Both the position numbers and the translations under genes were made by a program. A DNA stretch of 64,000 nt, from NCBI RefSeq assembly GCF_018977255.1, contig NW_024704743.1, forward strand, positions 50,470,001 to 50,534,000, given 5' to 3'. The notes below the pieces were generated by a model that searched no databases, was not told the DNA's origin, and was given only the letters and a program-made list of their open reading frames with translations. The DNA is from Callorhinchus milii. Taxonomy: Eukaryota. This document shows, piece by piece, positions 1 through 11,899 of this stretch; position 1 is the stretch's first letter, and each line of letters starts with the position of its first letter.

Positions 1-301
1 ACCTGAACAGTTAGACGGGACCTCAGTTTAATGCCTCATTTGAAAGACGAAGAACAATTAAGTCGCAAGTTAGGAACATGTCCAGGAACATTGCAACTCT
101 GTTCCTGGAATATATTGTGTTGGAGATCTCCTTAGTTGGTGAGGCTCATTTTGTCCCCATTTTCTTTGTGGATTGTTATTAACGAATCCCAGTAGAAATC
201 GCTGCATTTTAAAACTAATTCCCATATTGCTCAAACAGATGTCATACACATGTGGGATTCTGTGGACATTATCATTTACCTAAGTAGATTCTGGCTCTTA
301 C

Positions 302-384
302 CTGAGTTTTCCTTAAAGCCTTTTCCAGTGACAATTTCTCTTTTTTCACTGCTTTCAGGTCTGCATTTTGCTTTGTTGTTGTTT
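302..384 (-). CDS. ICE1: ICE1 coding exon 8 (TTTKQNADLKAVKKEKLSLEKALRKTQ); gene continues beyond left edge
   Basis: Acceptor ttttcaatag, donor CAG|GTAAGA, 83 nt. Similar to recalled KQ..D.K....EK..LEK...KTQ. No stop codon reached. Confidence 0.92.
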
Positions 385-1327
385 CTATTGAAAAGAGATA
401 ATCAATGAAAAAAAATTAATAGATCGGAACAAGACATCCCCCAGATTATTCAGAGCTGTAGTTTCCATTGATACTCCAACTCATGTTGAATTTTCCAAGG
501 CAGCAGGAATTTACCTACTCATCAAATTCTAATTGTGAAATCACTTCAAACTCAAGTTATTAAACATAATTGGCTACATTTCTAAAGTTAATAATGGTCT
601 CCACTTGCTAAGAATGTCCACGCCACTATAAAGCACTCTGAGACATTATTCTATGGGAGTGCTGTTTTTGAAATGCAAATTGTTACTGTTAAGAGTTTTG
701 GTATTCTAACAGAAAGTGTGCAATAAATATCTCAGCACATTTGTACAGGGGATTTGAGGGAACATTATGGTATTACAGGGGAATCCCTTTATAACACCCT
801 TCAATATAGCACCGCTTTGCTTACAGTAATGGACCTCAACATATTGTGATGATAAACAATGAAAGATTTTTAACATCCACCTGAGGAGACAGGGCCTTGG
901 TTTTAATGTTTCATTCAAAGAAGAGCACCTCTGACAATCCAGCATTCTCCCAATACTGCTACGAGCTCTTAATGTGGGATTTGAATCCACAATTTTCCAG
1001 CCTAGACAGGAAAGGGCTACTAAATGAGTCGAGATGTCATTAGTTAACAGCAGGGAGAGGGTTGCTTGACAACACAGGTAAATATGTATAATGCTCTGCC
1101 CACAAAACCTGTAGAAGTGAGTCAATAGGGCCATTTTAATGAGAGACACACAGACGCTTGGGAAGTACAAAGGATAAAAGATATGGAAAAAATGCTGAGT
1201 TTGGAATTAAAAGATCTCCCAAGATCTAATAAACTGGCAGAACAAGCTTGATAGGCTGAATGGCCTCCCCCGGTCCCATTTTCCCACACTCCTATGAAAA
1301 TAAAAGAAGCACATTGCATCTGGTTAC

Positions 1328-1365
1328 CTTCCAGTTTCTTTAGCCGTGCTTCCAATTTCTTCTTC
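1328..1365 (-). CDS. ICE1: ICE1 coding exon 7 (KKKLEARLKKLE-E)
   Basis: Acceptor aattttag, donor GTAACC, 38 nt. Similar to recalled KKKLEAKVKKL. Confidence 0.93.
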
Positions 1366-1473
1366 CTAAAATTCAAGTTGGAAAAAACTCTTTAAGAATC
1401 CAAAAGACAAAAACCAAAAATGTGTGTACAACATAAAGTGGCATAAAAAAAGCCAGTGGTACTCTGCACTTAC

Positions 1474-1550
1474 AGCATATCGTGTTTTGCTTGTTCTTGT
1501 TTCAATACAGTATATTCTGAGTAATTCTGTTGGTACATCTTAATTGAGCT
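1474..1550 (-). CDS. ICE1: ICE1 coding exon 6 (SSIKMYQQNYSEYTVLKQEQAKHDM-L)
   Basis: Acceptor ctcaacag, donor GTAAGT, 77 nt, phase consistent. Similar to recalled SSLKLYQ..H.EY. Confidence 0.93.
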
Positions 1551-1664
1551 CTGTTGAGTGACAAATAAGAGAAGAAATGCATTGTGAACCTAGAAAGCTT
1601 GTTTTTTTTATTGGGAGCGAAATTTCCACTGGTCTATTCCAGTGTGCTGCCTTATATACATTAC

Positions 1665-1776
1665 CTTCTTTTCCTCCAGCTCTATCCTCATGGTCTTCAT
1701 CTCATCCTTGCATTTCTCCACAAGCGTACATTTTTCCAACAACTCATCCATTTGATGTCGAAGTGTTTTACACTCT
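1665..1776 (-). CDS. ICE1: ICE1 coding exon 5 (ECKTLRHQMDELLEKCTLVEKCKDEMKTMRIELEEKK)
   Basis: Acceptor ccttcctccacag, donor GTAATG, 112 nt. Coiled coil ending ELEEKK; lies within ORF 1608..1829. Confidence 0.95.
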
Positions 1777-3331
1777 CTGTGGAGGAAGGCAAAGGTGACA
1801 TTTGAAAACAAGCACCAAAGTAGCCACATTAAATTGCATGATAGGACAAAGGAGATTATTTAATGTAATACAATGGCAGAGAGAAACTAAATCATTATTT
1901 ATGCATTTATCATCAATATTTTCAGTCCCTCAATTGGTGCTTTCAGGGTGAATATCCCTTCCGAGTTGGACTTGCCGTTACCCCGCTCACCTTTACCCCC
2001 ATCTCTCCCTTGTTTCCCACTCCACATTCATACCTTACATGAAGCCTACAACCTGCTCCTCGACCACCTCTCCACCCAGTTGATGACTACCCAATTTACC
2101 ATCCTCTGCCTTAGGGCCAAGTTGAAAGGATACTGAAACAGCTGTTCCACATTAACCAGGCTCTCTATAGGTCTGCTGGCTGGCTAAGAGTCAATAAATT
2201 ACTTAATTGCCATTTTCTAAGTGTTCATATTTTTCATTTTTTTAAAAAACACACACGGAAGGTGGTAAAATGGTACCTAATCCACTCAAGATTTTCAGGA
2301 TCAAACCCTAGTCTCTGCTAGGTGTAAGGATCCTCCATGAAAAGAACTTGGCCAATCCTAATTCAAATGCCAGTGGAAGTAACCCACTGCCAAAATCTCT
2401 TCCTTACTGGCAAGACCTGGCACCTCATAAGGATGTGTGATGCAGTTTACTTTCCCTTGTCCCCGCTTCACCCTCATATCTTACACGAAGCCCACTAGTT
2501 GCTCTTTGAACCCCACCCACCACCCATCCAGCTGATGATCACGCAACTGACCCTCCTCTGCTCCCTGCTGGCAGACTTACTGGTGGGGGGGATAGGGGGG
2601 TAAAATTGAGGATGCATTGCCCTGCAGCTAATTATACTAAGTGTGTTAATGCTGACACTTGAGGGTAAGTTTCTAATAATAATCTCGCTCCACCAAGGTC
2701 AATTTACCAATCAAAAGAGAATCAGAGGTGCTCACACCATCAAGACCATCCATTGATTGACCAGTGGAGAGTGACTTCTAAAGTGCCTCCAATAGGAACT
2801 CGTTCCATCCTTCTGCCTTGACAGATACTGACATTCACACGTAACATATAAAACCTTCCGGATTTGCATTTAGTTAATCTGAAAACAGTGGTCGAATACT
2901 CTTAAGCAATAATAAAACTAAAATATTCATAGAAAAAACACACTGTACCTTTTTCAAACTGTGCAGNAAAAAACATTTAATTGTGTCCTTTCCAATTCTT
3001 TTCCCTCTGGTTATACCAGTTGGTGCTCACTTATCTTTGTTCCCTGGGAGCATTATAGATAAACAATACTGCTGCGCTCACAGTCCGTAAATCAAAGGTA
3101 CACCATGCAGCTTCTAATGAAGCAAACTTCACACAGCATGGGGGTTGCCCTCAATGTCCACATTGAACAATAGTTATTAGTTGGAAAATGGGTCAATGCA
3201 TTGCATTTGGCTTAAATAATTGGGCACAAAGAATTGGATTGCAAAACTGAAAACATATGAGTAAGAAAAGAAACATCAGTGTTGCAATTATCATCTCAGC
3301 ACATCACTATGGAAAAATAAAACATTCTTAC

Positions 3332-3350
3332 CTTTCAGTTTTTTGGAGTT
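3332..3350 (-). CDS. ICE1: ICE1 coding exon 4, 19-nt micro-exon (E-LQKTE-R)
   Basis: AACTCCAAAAAACTGAAAG between the U12 AC acceptor and a GTAAGA donor. Supplies the segment equivalent to recalled human ELQFARR and restores phase. Confidence 0.9.
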
Positions 3351-3896
3351 GTAATAATTTGTTAAGGAGAATTCACATCTAAATGTAAATGAGCTTAGCA
3401 TCTTTTAAAATAAAGTCACATTACAGTTCAGTAAAACTGTTCCAACACACAACACTCTTACTTATAGCAATTGCTAAAATCAAGCTTTGTGTTTACACAA
3501 CATTTTTACTTCTTGTATTGCAACTACTTTGTGTATTGTGGTTAAGAAAATGACACAAACACTGTACTGAAAAAGTTATTCAGTGGTTTGACTGTCAAAT
3601 GTGCAAGCACGAGCATCTGCTGTAAATACCAGACATGCATGATTTCAGCCGAAGAATGTGATCTACATAATTTACTAACAGGATTCAAAACATCCATTTC
3701 ATCAGCAAAAATGATAAGCCTTTAATAATAAAACAATGCAGCAAACCATGAAAAATGCCACTTAGCTTTAATTTTATAAGAAAGCCGAGATGTACAATAC
3801 AGAAAGTGTAAAGATATTTTATTTAGAGCATTTTGAGAGAGAGAGAGATAAAAGCACCACTGCATTCATTATACCATTTATATCAAGAAAGGATAT
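3351..3896 (-). other. ICE1: U12-type (minor spliceosome) AT-AC intron, ICE1 intron 3
   Basis: 5' site ATATCCTTT (3896-3888), branch point TCCTTAAC (3368-3361), terminal AC (3352-3351). Removing it keeps the frame: ...KKCD-E-LQKTER. Confidence 0.93.
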
Positions 3897-3931
3897 CATC
3901 ACACTTTTTCTGGTATTCTGTGAGAATATGG
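3897..3931 (-). CDS. ICE1: ICE1 coding exon 3 (HILTEYQKKCD-E)
   Basis: Acceptor ttctttttacag, 35 nt, followed by U12 donor ATATCCTTT. LTEYQKKCDE matches recalled ICE1. Confidence 0.95.
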
Positions 3932-4922
3932 CTGTAAAAAGAAAAAAAAATTAAATTATTTGAGAAAATATTTCTGCCAGTCTTCTTGACAAGGTGAATG
4001 TATAAAAAGGGATCTTAAGACATCTTATCAACATACAACAAAACATATTGAAATCATAATGGACACACAAGTCATCACACCAGCATATATTTAAACCTGG
4101 AGCTCTTAAAAATAAATGATGAGATGCAAATGGCCTAAAATTGCATAAAAGGACAGTCTGTCCCAAAGAAAAACAAACATTCACTGCTATCTCCCAAAAC
4201 CCTCAATAGATGTATTTGCCAAACATCTCTAATTCCCCCTTGAATGTGCTAACACAATCTGCAGCCACCACCTTTCTGGGTAGTCTATGCAACATGTTTA
4301 GCATTTTCTGTGAAATAATTAAATTTAACATTCTGTTTACACTCCCACTTCTGAGTGCAAGCTCTCCTTTTTATAGTGTGTGAACATTTTAAGCATATTA
4401 CTAGGGTTTAGTATTACAATAACATCTTCCCAGTCTCTTCTGTAAAAGTACAACATCACTTTTCATTACCCGCTATTTGCTACATGAAATAATACTTGTT
4501 TATCAATGGGCTCGTTATCATCAGAAAACTTAGCTTTATTTCTGTCCCATTTCCATAATTTATGCATAATATAAATAGCATTGACCCTAACCAGATCCCC
4601 AAGGCACCTGCTAATTGTCTCTTTTTGCTGATGCAGGTTTACCTACAACCTCCTGCTGTTTCCTATAATTCAGCCAATATCCCAGGATGAATTCTTTTTT
4701 TAAAAAATAGAACACACAGTGGGAAACGTTAAACCATTTCAGCTGTGAAAGCATGAATAAAAAATCCTCGTGAAAATAAGCTGAAAGACAGATCTGCACA
4801 ATTGGCATTATTATATTTTTCTTAAATGGAGAATTTAATTTATTACAATACATAATTTTTACAGAAAAATTCTAACAGCAGAAACAAAATTACAGTCTGT
4901 GAACAATAAATCATGTACTTAC

Positions 4923-4981
4923 TCTGTCTCAACAATTTTTTGCTTCATTGCAATTAATGCAGTTACATATTCATTCAAATT
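4923..4981 (-). CDS. ICE1: ICE1 coding exon 2 (NLNEYVTALIAMKQKIVET-D)
   Basis: Acceptor ctctttcag, donor GTAAGT, 59 nt. Close to recalled human ICE1 NLNEYVEALITLKQKIINTD. Confidence 0.95.
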
Positions 4982-5547
4982 CTGAAAGAGAAAGCAAAAA
5001 TGACATTATTAAAAAAGGGTAAAAGGGTATTTTAATATGATTATTCCATTACTATTTGCATAAAAGGAATTATAGAGGTCACCAGGTTGTTGCTATATTC
5101 AGGGTCAAGGTCCTGTTCGGCTGGTAGCACACTTGCCTCCAAGGTAGAAGTTTATGGATTCAAGCCCCATGTTAGTACTTTGAAAACTCACATTCTAGGC
5201 TGACACTACAATGCATTGAAAGAGATGCACTCTAAGATGCTATCCTGTGTGAAGGGCACTATATAAATGCAAGTTATTGTTGTAGCTGTGGTTCCTTCAG
5301 ATGAATGGTTAAACCAAGGCCCCTTCTGCTTGTGCAGGTGGACATTAAAGATCCCGTGGCACGATTCAAAAGGGATGTCCTGACCAACAATCCCCCAAAT
5401 AAATTCACTTAATTGGCTGTTTATGGGTCACTGCTGTACACAAATTCCCTGTGTTCATCTGCACAATACAGTCAAAGAAACTGGCTATCAAAAGAGAGGT
5501 AACTCCCTCTAGTGGCATTGAAAAAAAATACAATGTATAATTTAATA

Positions 5548-6323
5548 CAGTAGAAACCTCACTAATCCGGTCACTCAAGTGACTGGGCAAAAGTGACCTA
5601 CTTCGTGAGGTGACCTGATCACTGAAACGGGTCGGGTGATTCAGGTCACTGATGTAATTTTAAGGGCATTGGTAATGGGGAAGGGTGATGAACATTCAAC
5701 AACCATACTTATTAAAATAAAGGCAATGTCACATTTAAAACAAAAGCCGTCATGTATTTAGATTTCCTTTCGAGAATGCATTCAACTTGTGTTCTGCCAA
5801 ATCCATAGATCACAGCTAACTGTCTATGACTTTTGCCCTCACTGTTTTTGATTAAGTCCACTCTCTTACGTAAGAACAATTCCTTCCGTGGTAGCACGTT
5901 TACAACACATACCAAGAATTGGCGGCAGGAGCTCAGGTTAGGCCGTGGACGGCGGGTGAAGTCGATTTCCCGCTCACGTTGCTTCCACGATCCCAACACT
6001 CCCCGCACCGCGCAATCGAGACCGAAGTCCACTCCGCCCACAGTAGCAGCGTCGGGAAAACAGCGAGAGAAGTCCGAGGCCTAACGCATTGTGTACTCTG
6101 CAGGTTAGTAGCGGAGGGGGGTGTTTGTACCGTGTTTGAAGCGGAGGAGGGCGCTCTAGTGGCCACAATCAATGACCATTGTCTTGAATAGTGAGCTGCC
6201 CGGCTTACTGAAGCAGACAGACAGCTTATCTTTTAGTATAGACCGTGAAAGAGACTGTGAAAATGTGCCCGCAATTGTGAGGTGTCTGGATTACCGAGGT
6301 GACAGCAAACCGGATTTCTACTG
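5548..6323 (-). mobile_element. Tigger/pogo-type (Tc1/mariner superfamily) internally deleted DNA transposon
   Basis: TA|CAGTAGAAACC ... GGATTTCTACTG|TA (TIRs with TA duplication). Minus-strand remnant RKELFLRKRVDLIKNSEGKSHRQLAVIYGFGRTQVECILERK resembles the CENP-B/psq-type HTH of pogo/Tigger transposases. Confidence 0.85.
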
Positions 6324-6757
6324 TACTATGTCATACGTTTGTGGGAAGTGATTAACAAGACTTTAGAGTGCAAGTACATCCTGTTAAACGCTTTGAGATG
6401 TCCTCCCGGTGTGAAAGGCGCTATATCAAATGCGAGAATTATTAACAAAAATCAACTATGAAAGTATAATAATAATAATCCTTGCATTTGATATAGCGCT
6501 TTTCACGTCTTCTAGACGTCAGCGAGTATCAGTCATGACATTTCTTATGTTCTTTGACTTAAAATCTTAAGATTATGCAGAACTTCGGAAAATTCCTAAA
6601 TTTGGTCTTCCAATTTAGACATTGGATTTCTGCAGTTTCTAAGAAGACTGAATTCCAAATTAAGATTGAAGTTAAAGGATTTTCCAAGATTCTGCATCAT
6701 TTAAATTTTAAGATTTAAAGTTAAGACCATTCAATACAAATTTATATTTATATCATG

Positions 6758-6915
6758 CCTTTCACATCAGGAGGACATCCCAAGCACTGGACAGCGTTTG
6801 CATCCGGGCCTGGGGTGGTGTCTGAGGAGGGGGGGAAAGATATCCGAAAGTGCGATCAAACAGGAAGGTCTTGAGGTGGACCCTGAAGGAGACAATGTAA
6901 GGGACGACTCCAGGA
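6758..6915 (-). mobile_element. L2 3' end fragment
   Basis: [11 protein letters not shown] followed by the L2 tail hairpin. Confidence 0.75.
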
Positions 6916-7051
6916 TGAAGTAAATGAATATTTTTACACCTGAGAGAATAGGTCCAAACTGCTGCATGATCAAGTTTATGAATTATGACACAATCTGAAT
7001 GGTATGATTCGATGACTCCCCATACAGGTATACTAAATTGTATATTGTAAT

Positions 7052-7298
7052 TTTCCCGGCAGGGCGAAACCTTGGGCAAGTTTCCTTACTCCACACAGAG
7101 CCTAATAATAATCCCTCCAAAAACAAAAACAATAATAAATTGGTCATTTTCAATCCACGACTGTTTGTGGGACACTGCTGTGCGCAATTGGCTGCCGCGT
7201 TTGCCCACAAATATACAGTCAATTCACTTTACAGCATATTCTGTGAAGCACTTTGAGACATCTAGAAGACGTGAAAAGCGCTCTATCAAATGCAAGGA
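7052..7298 (+). mobile_element. Same SINE, short form, 5' truncated
   Basis: Shares body and tail with 13561-13883. Confidence 0.9.
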
Positions 7299-8079
7299 GA
7301 TTGCATCATCAACAGTGCTTTCCTGTAATACCTTCTTTGGTGCAAAATCTGAAAAGGCCATCTCCATATCAGGAAAACAATTACAATACTATTTATAGTA
7401 TATAAATATCAGAGTTCAACAGACATGCATGTTATAAGACAATAATTAAAGTGATGAAAGAAGGAAAAATGCCAGAGCATTTTTGGAGTGTCAAAATAAT
7501 ATTACCTTACCAGGTTTTGCAATTTGTTTTTGAATTTTCTTATATTTTCATAGTGAAGGATGTGATGGATAAGAGATAACAGGTTGTTGTTAAATTGTAG
7601 GACAGACTACTGCTTGCACCTGCTCTCAGTACAATATACTTCAAAATTATTGGACCTATTTCCAACTTTACATTGCTCACTGCAGCCAGCTCACGTCCAC
7701 AAACTACTGACCACGTTGAGGAAATGATAGACTGATTCAATGTCTCGTTTTAGGCTAACATTTTATGATTTTATGAAGATGGTTGGGTGGAGATTCACTA
7801 AAATAATAGCAGGCTTGACAGGTTAGTTGTAAGGTGAGACTTGAAAAATTGGAAACATTTCACTAGATCACAGAAGGATGGAAGAATCGAATAGTTTTCA
7901 AAATTATGAATGGTTTTAATACAGTAAATAAAGAGAAACTACAGCCATTGAGTGGTTCAGTAACAGGAGAGCATAAATTGAAAATTCTCATCAGAAGATA
8001 AAAAGAGCTTAGGAGAAATTGTTTCACATGGAGAGTAGGTTAGATTGTTGAACACCTTACCACAACAAGAAACAGCAGT

Positions 8080-8580
8080 AGCAACTTGCATTTACATAGT
8101 TCCCTCCACGTAGGTTAACATCTCAGAGCACTTCACTGTGAGAGTGTTGAAGGGCTAGGAGAAAGGGAGGGAAGCGGGGGAAAGAGAACGGTAGGGAATT
8201 TTTAGGTGTGGTGGAAGAGGTAGGTGTTTAGGTGGAATATAAAGGTAGACAGAGAAGAGGCGAGGTGGAGGGATAGAGACAGGGAGCTCCAGAGGTTGGG
8301 GGAGTAAGGAGATTCTCAGCTATCCTTCAAACCCCACATTCATGGGTGACCTATTTTACCTTTCCCCACCTCCGCAACATTGCCCGCCTGTGTCACTGCC
8401 TCTCACCACAGGCTGCCGAGACACTGATCCACGCTTTCATCATGTCCCAGCTTGATTATGCCAACCGCCTGCTCGCTGGACTTCCCAACTTTTCCCTCCA
8501 CAAGCTACAGATTACTCAGAACTCTGCAGCCTGTGTCCTCTCCGCACCAGGCTCCGCAAACCAATCACCCCCGTTCTTTC
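8080..8580. mobile_element. Two L2 fragments (3' end on minus ~8080-8315; ORF2 piece on plus ~8320-8580)
   Basis: LRNIARL...AAETLIHAFIMSQLDYAN on plus; L2-like 3' end on minus. Confidence 0.75.
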
Positions 8581-9884
8581 CCAGTTTTATGTTTAATACT
8601 TTTGGGAAAATATAATATATGTATGCTCATAAAAAACTCCACATGTCTTATTGAATGCACAGAGATACTGCTGAAAATAAGCTGCTAAATATCACTGAAC
8701 ATGCAGCATGAACAAAATATACTATGAGGACTTGTGGTGAGGTTAAGATAACATAGGCACCTTCAACTCATTAGGTACATCACTGAACTCACTGGATTAA
8801 TATTTCAATAAAAATAAATCAAACTCCATTACAACTTTTTGCACATAGATACAATTTGTTTATGCATTTTTTTACTTGTGTCAAGTCAAGTCTGAAATAA
8901 TTCTATATAGGGCAGTTTTCACATCCCTGTGGCTGCTATAAATTGTTCACTGCACCTGATTCAACCTCTCCTTTGAATCTGCAGTAACATGCACAAGTAC
9001 TACTCACTTTCGTACTTGCTCTTTATTTAGATGCCGGGTTATGATGCTGCAGTTCAGCAAATTTAGTTGGTTTTATTCTCACTTCTCTCACTGTTTTTTC
9101 TCTGTGGGTCATTCAATGAGATTTTGAAAACCTCAGCCCGGATGCACTAATTAGTGAAAGTGTAATTGTGCCCTTATGAGATTTTAACACTGAATTGAGA
9201 CATTCCTTTACTCTTAAAGTTAACACAAAAATAACACTGCAACAAAAGTATCAGACACAAGATATTCAAAGTACACGACATCAACACTTGTGATGAGAAC
9301 ATTGCAAAAACAAAGATGTTTAAAGTAAAATATTTTAAGTTCAGACTTGTGCGGTAAAGGCGTAACTCGACTATAAGAGGTCTGACAGGAAGATGTTCAA
9401 TCAATGATCGCACCCAGTATTAATGTGCATATTGTCGACATTTTGTAGACATCACGTTTCACAATGTTACATTTATGTATTTTATTATAATATCACAATA
9501 TCATTACCATTATTCTTTGCACTTCACAGAATGGACCTAGTTTATGATAAAAATTTATTGGAAGTGTTCGGTTTCAGCTTGAAACAGTTTAAAGACTAAA
9601 AGACTAACCCAGTCTTCACTTGCAATGGAACCGAGCTAAGAAGGGCAATTCAACGTACCTCTTTACCCAATTAGGTTTATCTAATTCAGCCTTAAAATGA
9701 AAAAAATAAGAGAAATTATTGAGAAATTATTTCTGTGGAAAAGGATTTATATTCATTTTTTGTGCAGTGACTTGAGCTTCTTAGATAAGTTAACGAGATC
9801 ACATGTTCATATGCAGTAACATAGAAAAGCACGGAACAAAGAAAGCCATCAAAACTGCTCCTACCAACAAATCATATATAATTA

Positions 9885-10255
9885 ATAATATTAATAACCC
9901 TTGCATTTGATATAGTGCTTTTCACAACTTCTAGATGTCTTCACAGAATATACTGTAAAATGAATTGACTATATATTTGTGGGCAAAACGTGGCAGCCAA
10001 TTGTGCACCGGAGTGTCCCACAAACAGTTGTGCATCGAGTGACCAAATTATTGTTTTGGGGGAGATTTCTTTTGAGGGATTATTATCCCCGAAAAGCAAT
10101 CCGCCAATCGACTAACAACTGGGTTCCTACTTACTGCTAGGTAAACAGAAACATGTGGAGTAAGGAAACTTGCCCAACACTTCGCCCTGCCAGGAATCGA
10201 ACCCAGGTCTCTCGCTTGTGAGGCGAATGCTGTAACCAGTGAGCTACAGGACTCC
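9885..10255 (-). mobile_element. Same SINE, long form
   Basis: tRNA head, extra segment CTGTTTACCTAGCAGTAAGTAGGAACCC, Deu-like core, tail. Confidence 0.9.
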
Positions 10256-10459
10256 ACAATTCATGCTCGGCAGCATTTTGACTCATTTCATCTCTAAAGA
10301 CACTTCTTCCACACAGTAACACGCGCACACACACACACACACAGTCACACACACAGCAACAATGCAGTAAAGCTGCAAGATATCAATCGAACCTCAAAAA
10401 ATGCTATTATTCAACTCCAAGAATCTGCTTTCACAAATGGTATTTCCAAGGTCCTGTAA

Positions 10460-10705
10460 ATCATAGGACCAAAGAATTATGCAGCACAGAAGGAGGCCGT
10501 TCGGCCCATCGTGTCTGTGCCGTCTCTTTGAAAAGAGCTATCCAAAGCAATCCCACTCCCCCACTCTCTCCCCATAGCCCTGCAAAAGTTATCCTCCCCA
10601 AATACCCATCTACTTCTCTCTTAAAAGTTGTTATCAAATCGGCTTCCACCACCCTTTCAGGCAATGCATTCCAGGTCCGAACAACTCACTGTATGAAAAA
10701 ATTAT
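10460..10705 (-). mobile_element. CR1-type LINE 3' end
   Basis: WNALPERVVEADLITTFKREVDGYL and 3' UTR GATGGGCCGAACGGCCTCCTTCTGTGCTG. Confidence 0.85.
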
Positions 10706-10921
10706 ATCGACAAAATCCCTATAATATATTCTCTGTGTATTGCATTCCAACTGAATATGAAGTACGAAGGATCAAAAAGATTTGTCAGATCTTCTTTGAC
10801 TATACTGACTAGAATTCACATTCTTTACCTGTTACAAAGTGTTACACAATTTACTTATACAAAGCTCAGTCAAGTGCATTCCACTATGCATTTATATAAC
10901 AGATTTTGTTCCTGACATCAA

Positions 10922-11208
10922 ACATTGATATAGCACCTTATCACGTCTTTGAGAGGTCTCAAAGTGCTACATATAATACTCTGTAAAGTGGAGTGACCGA
11001 GTATTTTGTAGCCAAAACGCGGCAGCCAATTGCGCAGAGCAGTTTCCCACAAACAGTGATGGATTGAGTGACCACATTATTATTATTTTTTTTGAGAGAT
11101 TATTACCCCTGGAAAAGCAATCTGCCGATTGACTAACAACTGGGGTTCTTACTTACAGTTAGGTAAACAGAGGTGTGTTGAGTTAGGAAACTTGCCTAAG
11201 GTTTCGAT
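10922..11208 (-). mobile_element. Same SINE, long form, head missing
   Basis: Body and tail homology to 9885-10255. Confidence 0.85.
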
Positions 11209-11399
11209 CTAGAGGTATTGGTTGACTAATTGCTCACTATATCAAAACAGTGTGATGGGCAGCAATAGACAAGACAAACAGAATACTGGGTTATGTTGCT
11301 AAATAAGTTAAGTTCAGTTACCCAGAAGTCATACTCAAGTTATGCAGTTCTCTGGTTAGGCTGCACTGAGAGTACTGCGAACATTTCTGGTCACTTTGA

Positions 11400-11810
11400 C
11401 ACAAGGGGGCTGCCCAGGGCCCAGAGGCAGTGCAATGTAGAGCACAAAGTATTAGAAAATTTAACTATGAGCAATGATTNAAAAAACTATGTCTTGACAA
11501 AGTGCATCTCAGAGGGGACCTTATAAAGGTGTATAAGATTTTAAATTAGATTGAGAAGGTAAACCCAGAACACTATTTTCATTCACTGAAGCAAAACAAG
11601 AAAACAAAGGTTCAGGGTTGCAAAGGGGAATTTCAGACACCAGGAAGGATTTCTTCACCTGGAGGGTAAGTAATGGCAGAAACTGGCTACCAGGAATGGT
11701 CACCGAGGCCTGGACACTGGACTGCTTTAAAAAACAGCTTGATTCTGTGATAGGAAAATGTTAAGGTGCCTGGAAGGATGATAATGTGAGTCGAAGGGCC
11801 CTTCTTCGTC
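11400..11810 (+). mobile_element. CR1-type LINE 3' fragment (others ~7860-8070 +, 52410-52710 +, 58960-59330 +, 56080-56340 -, 59810-60130 -, 63320-63600 -)
   Basis: agaggggaccttataaaggtgtataagatt...ttcttcacctggagggtaag...aactggctacc...tttaaaaaacagcttgat, the CR1 ORF2 end pattern. Confidence 0.75.
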
Positions 11811-11899
11811 AAAAACCTCTGGGGATTGTGTGAAGATATTCTTTCGTCTTGGACCTAACCCATTTTACCTTAATTTTTAGGTTTGTCCTCTTGACGTAC

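Noticed and set aside
706..1170. 154-aa minus-strand ORF in ICE1 intron 7
   Set aside because: Overlaps old SINE and CR1 remnants; no coding features.
2855..2878. Possible 24-nt frame-preserving cassette exon in ICE1 intron 4 (ttttcag|ATTAACTAAATGCAAATCCGGAAG|gtttta)
   Set aside because: Weak donor, and the recalled orthologue has no insertion here; needs RNA-seq.
2949..2958. Possible 10-nt micro-exon (cacag|TTTGAAAAAG|gtacag) on minus
   Set aside because: Would frameshift, lies beside an N base, and is not needed for the reading frame.
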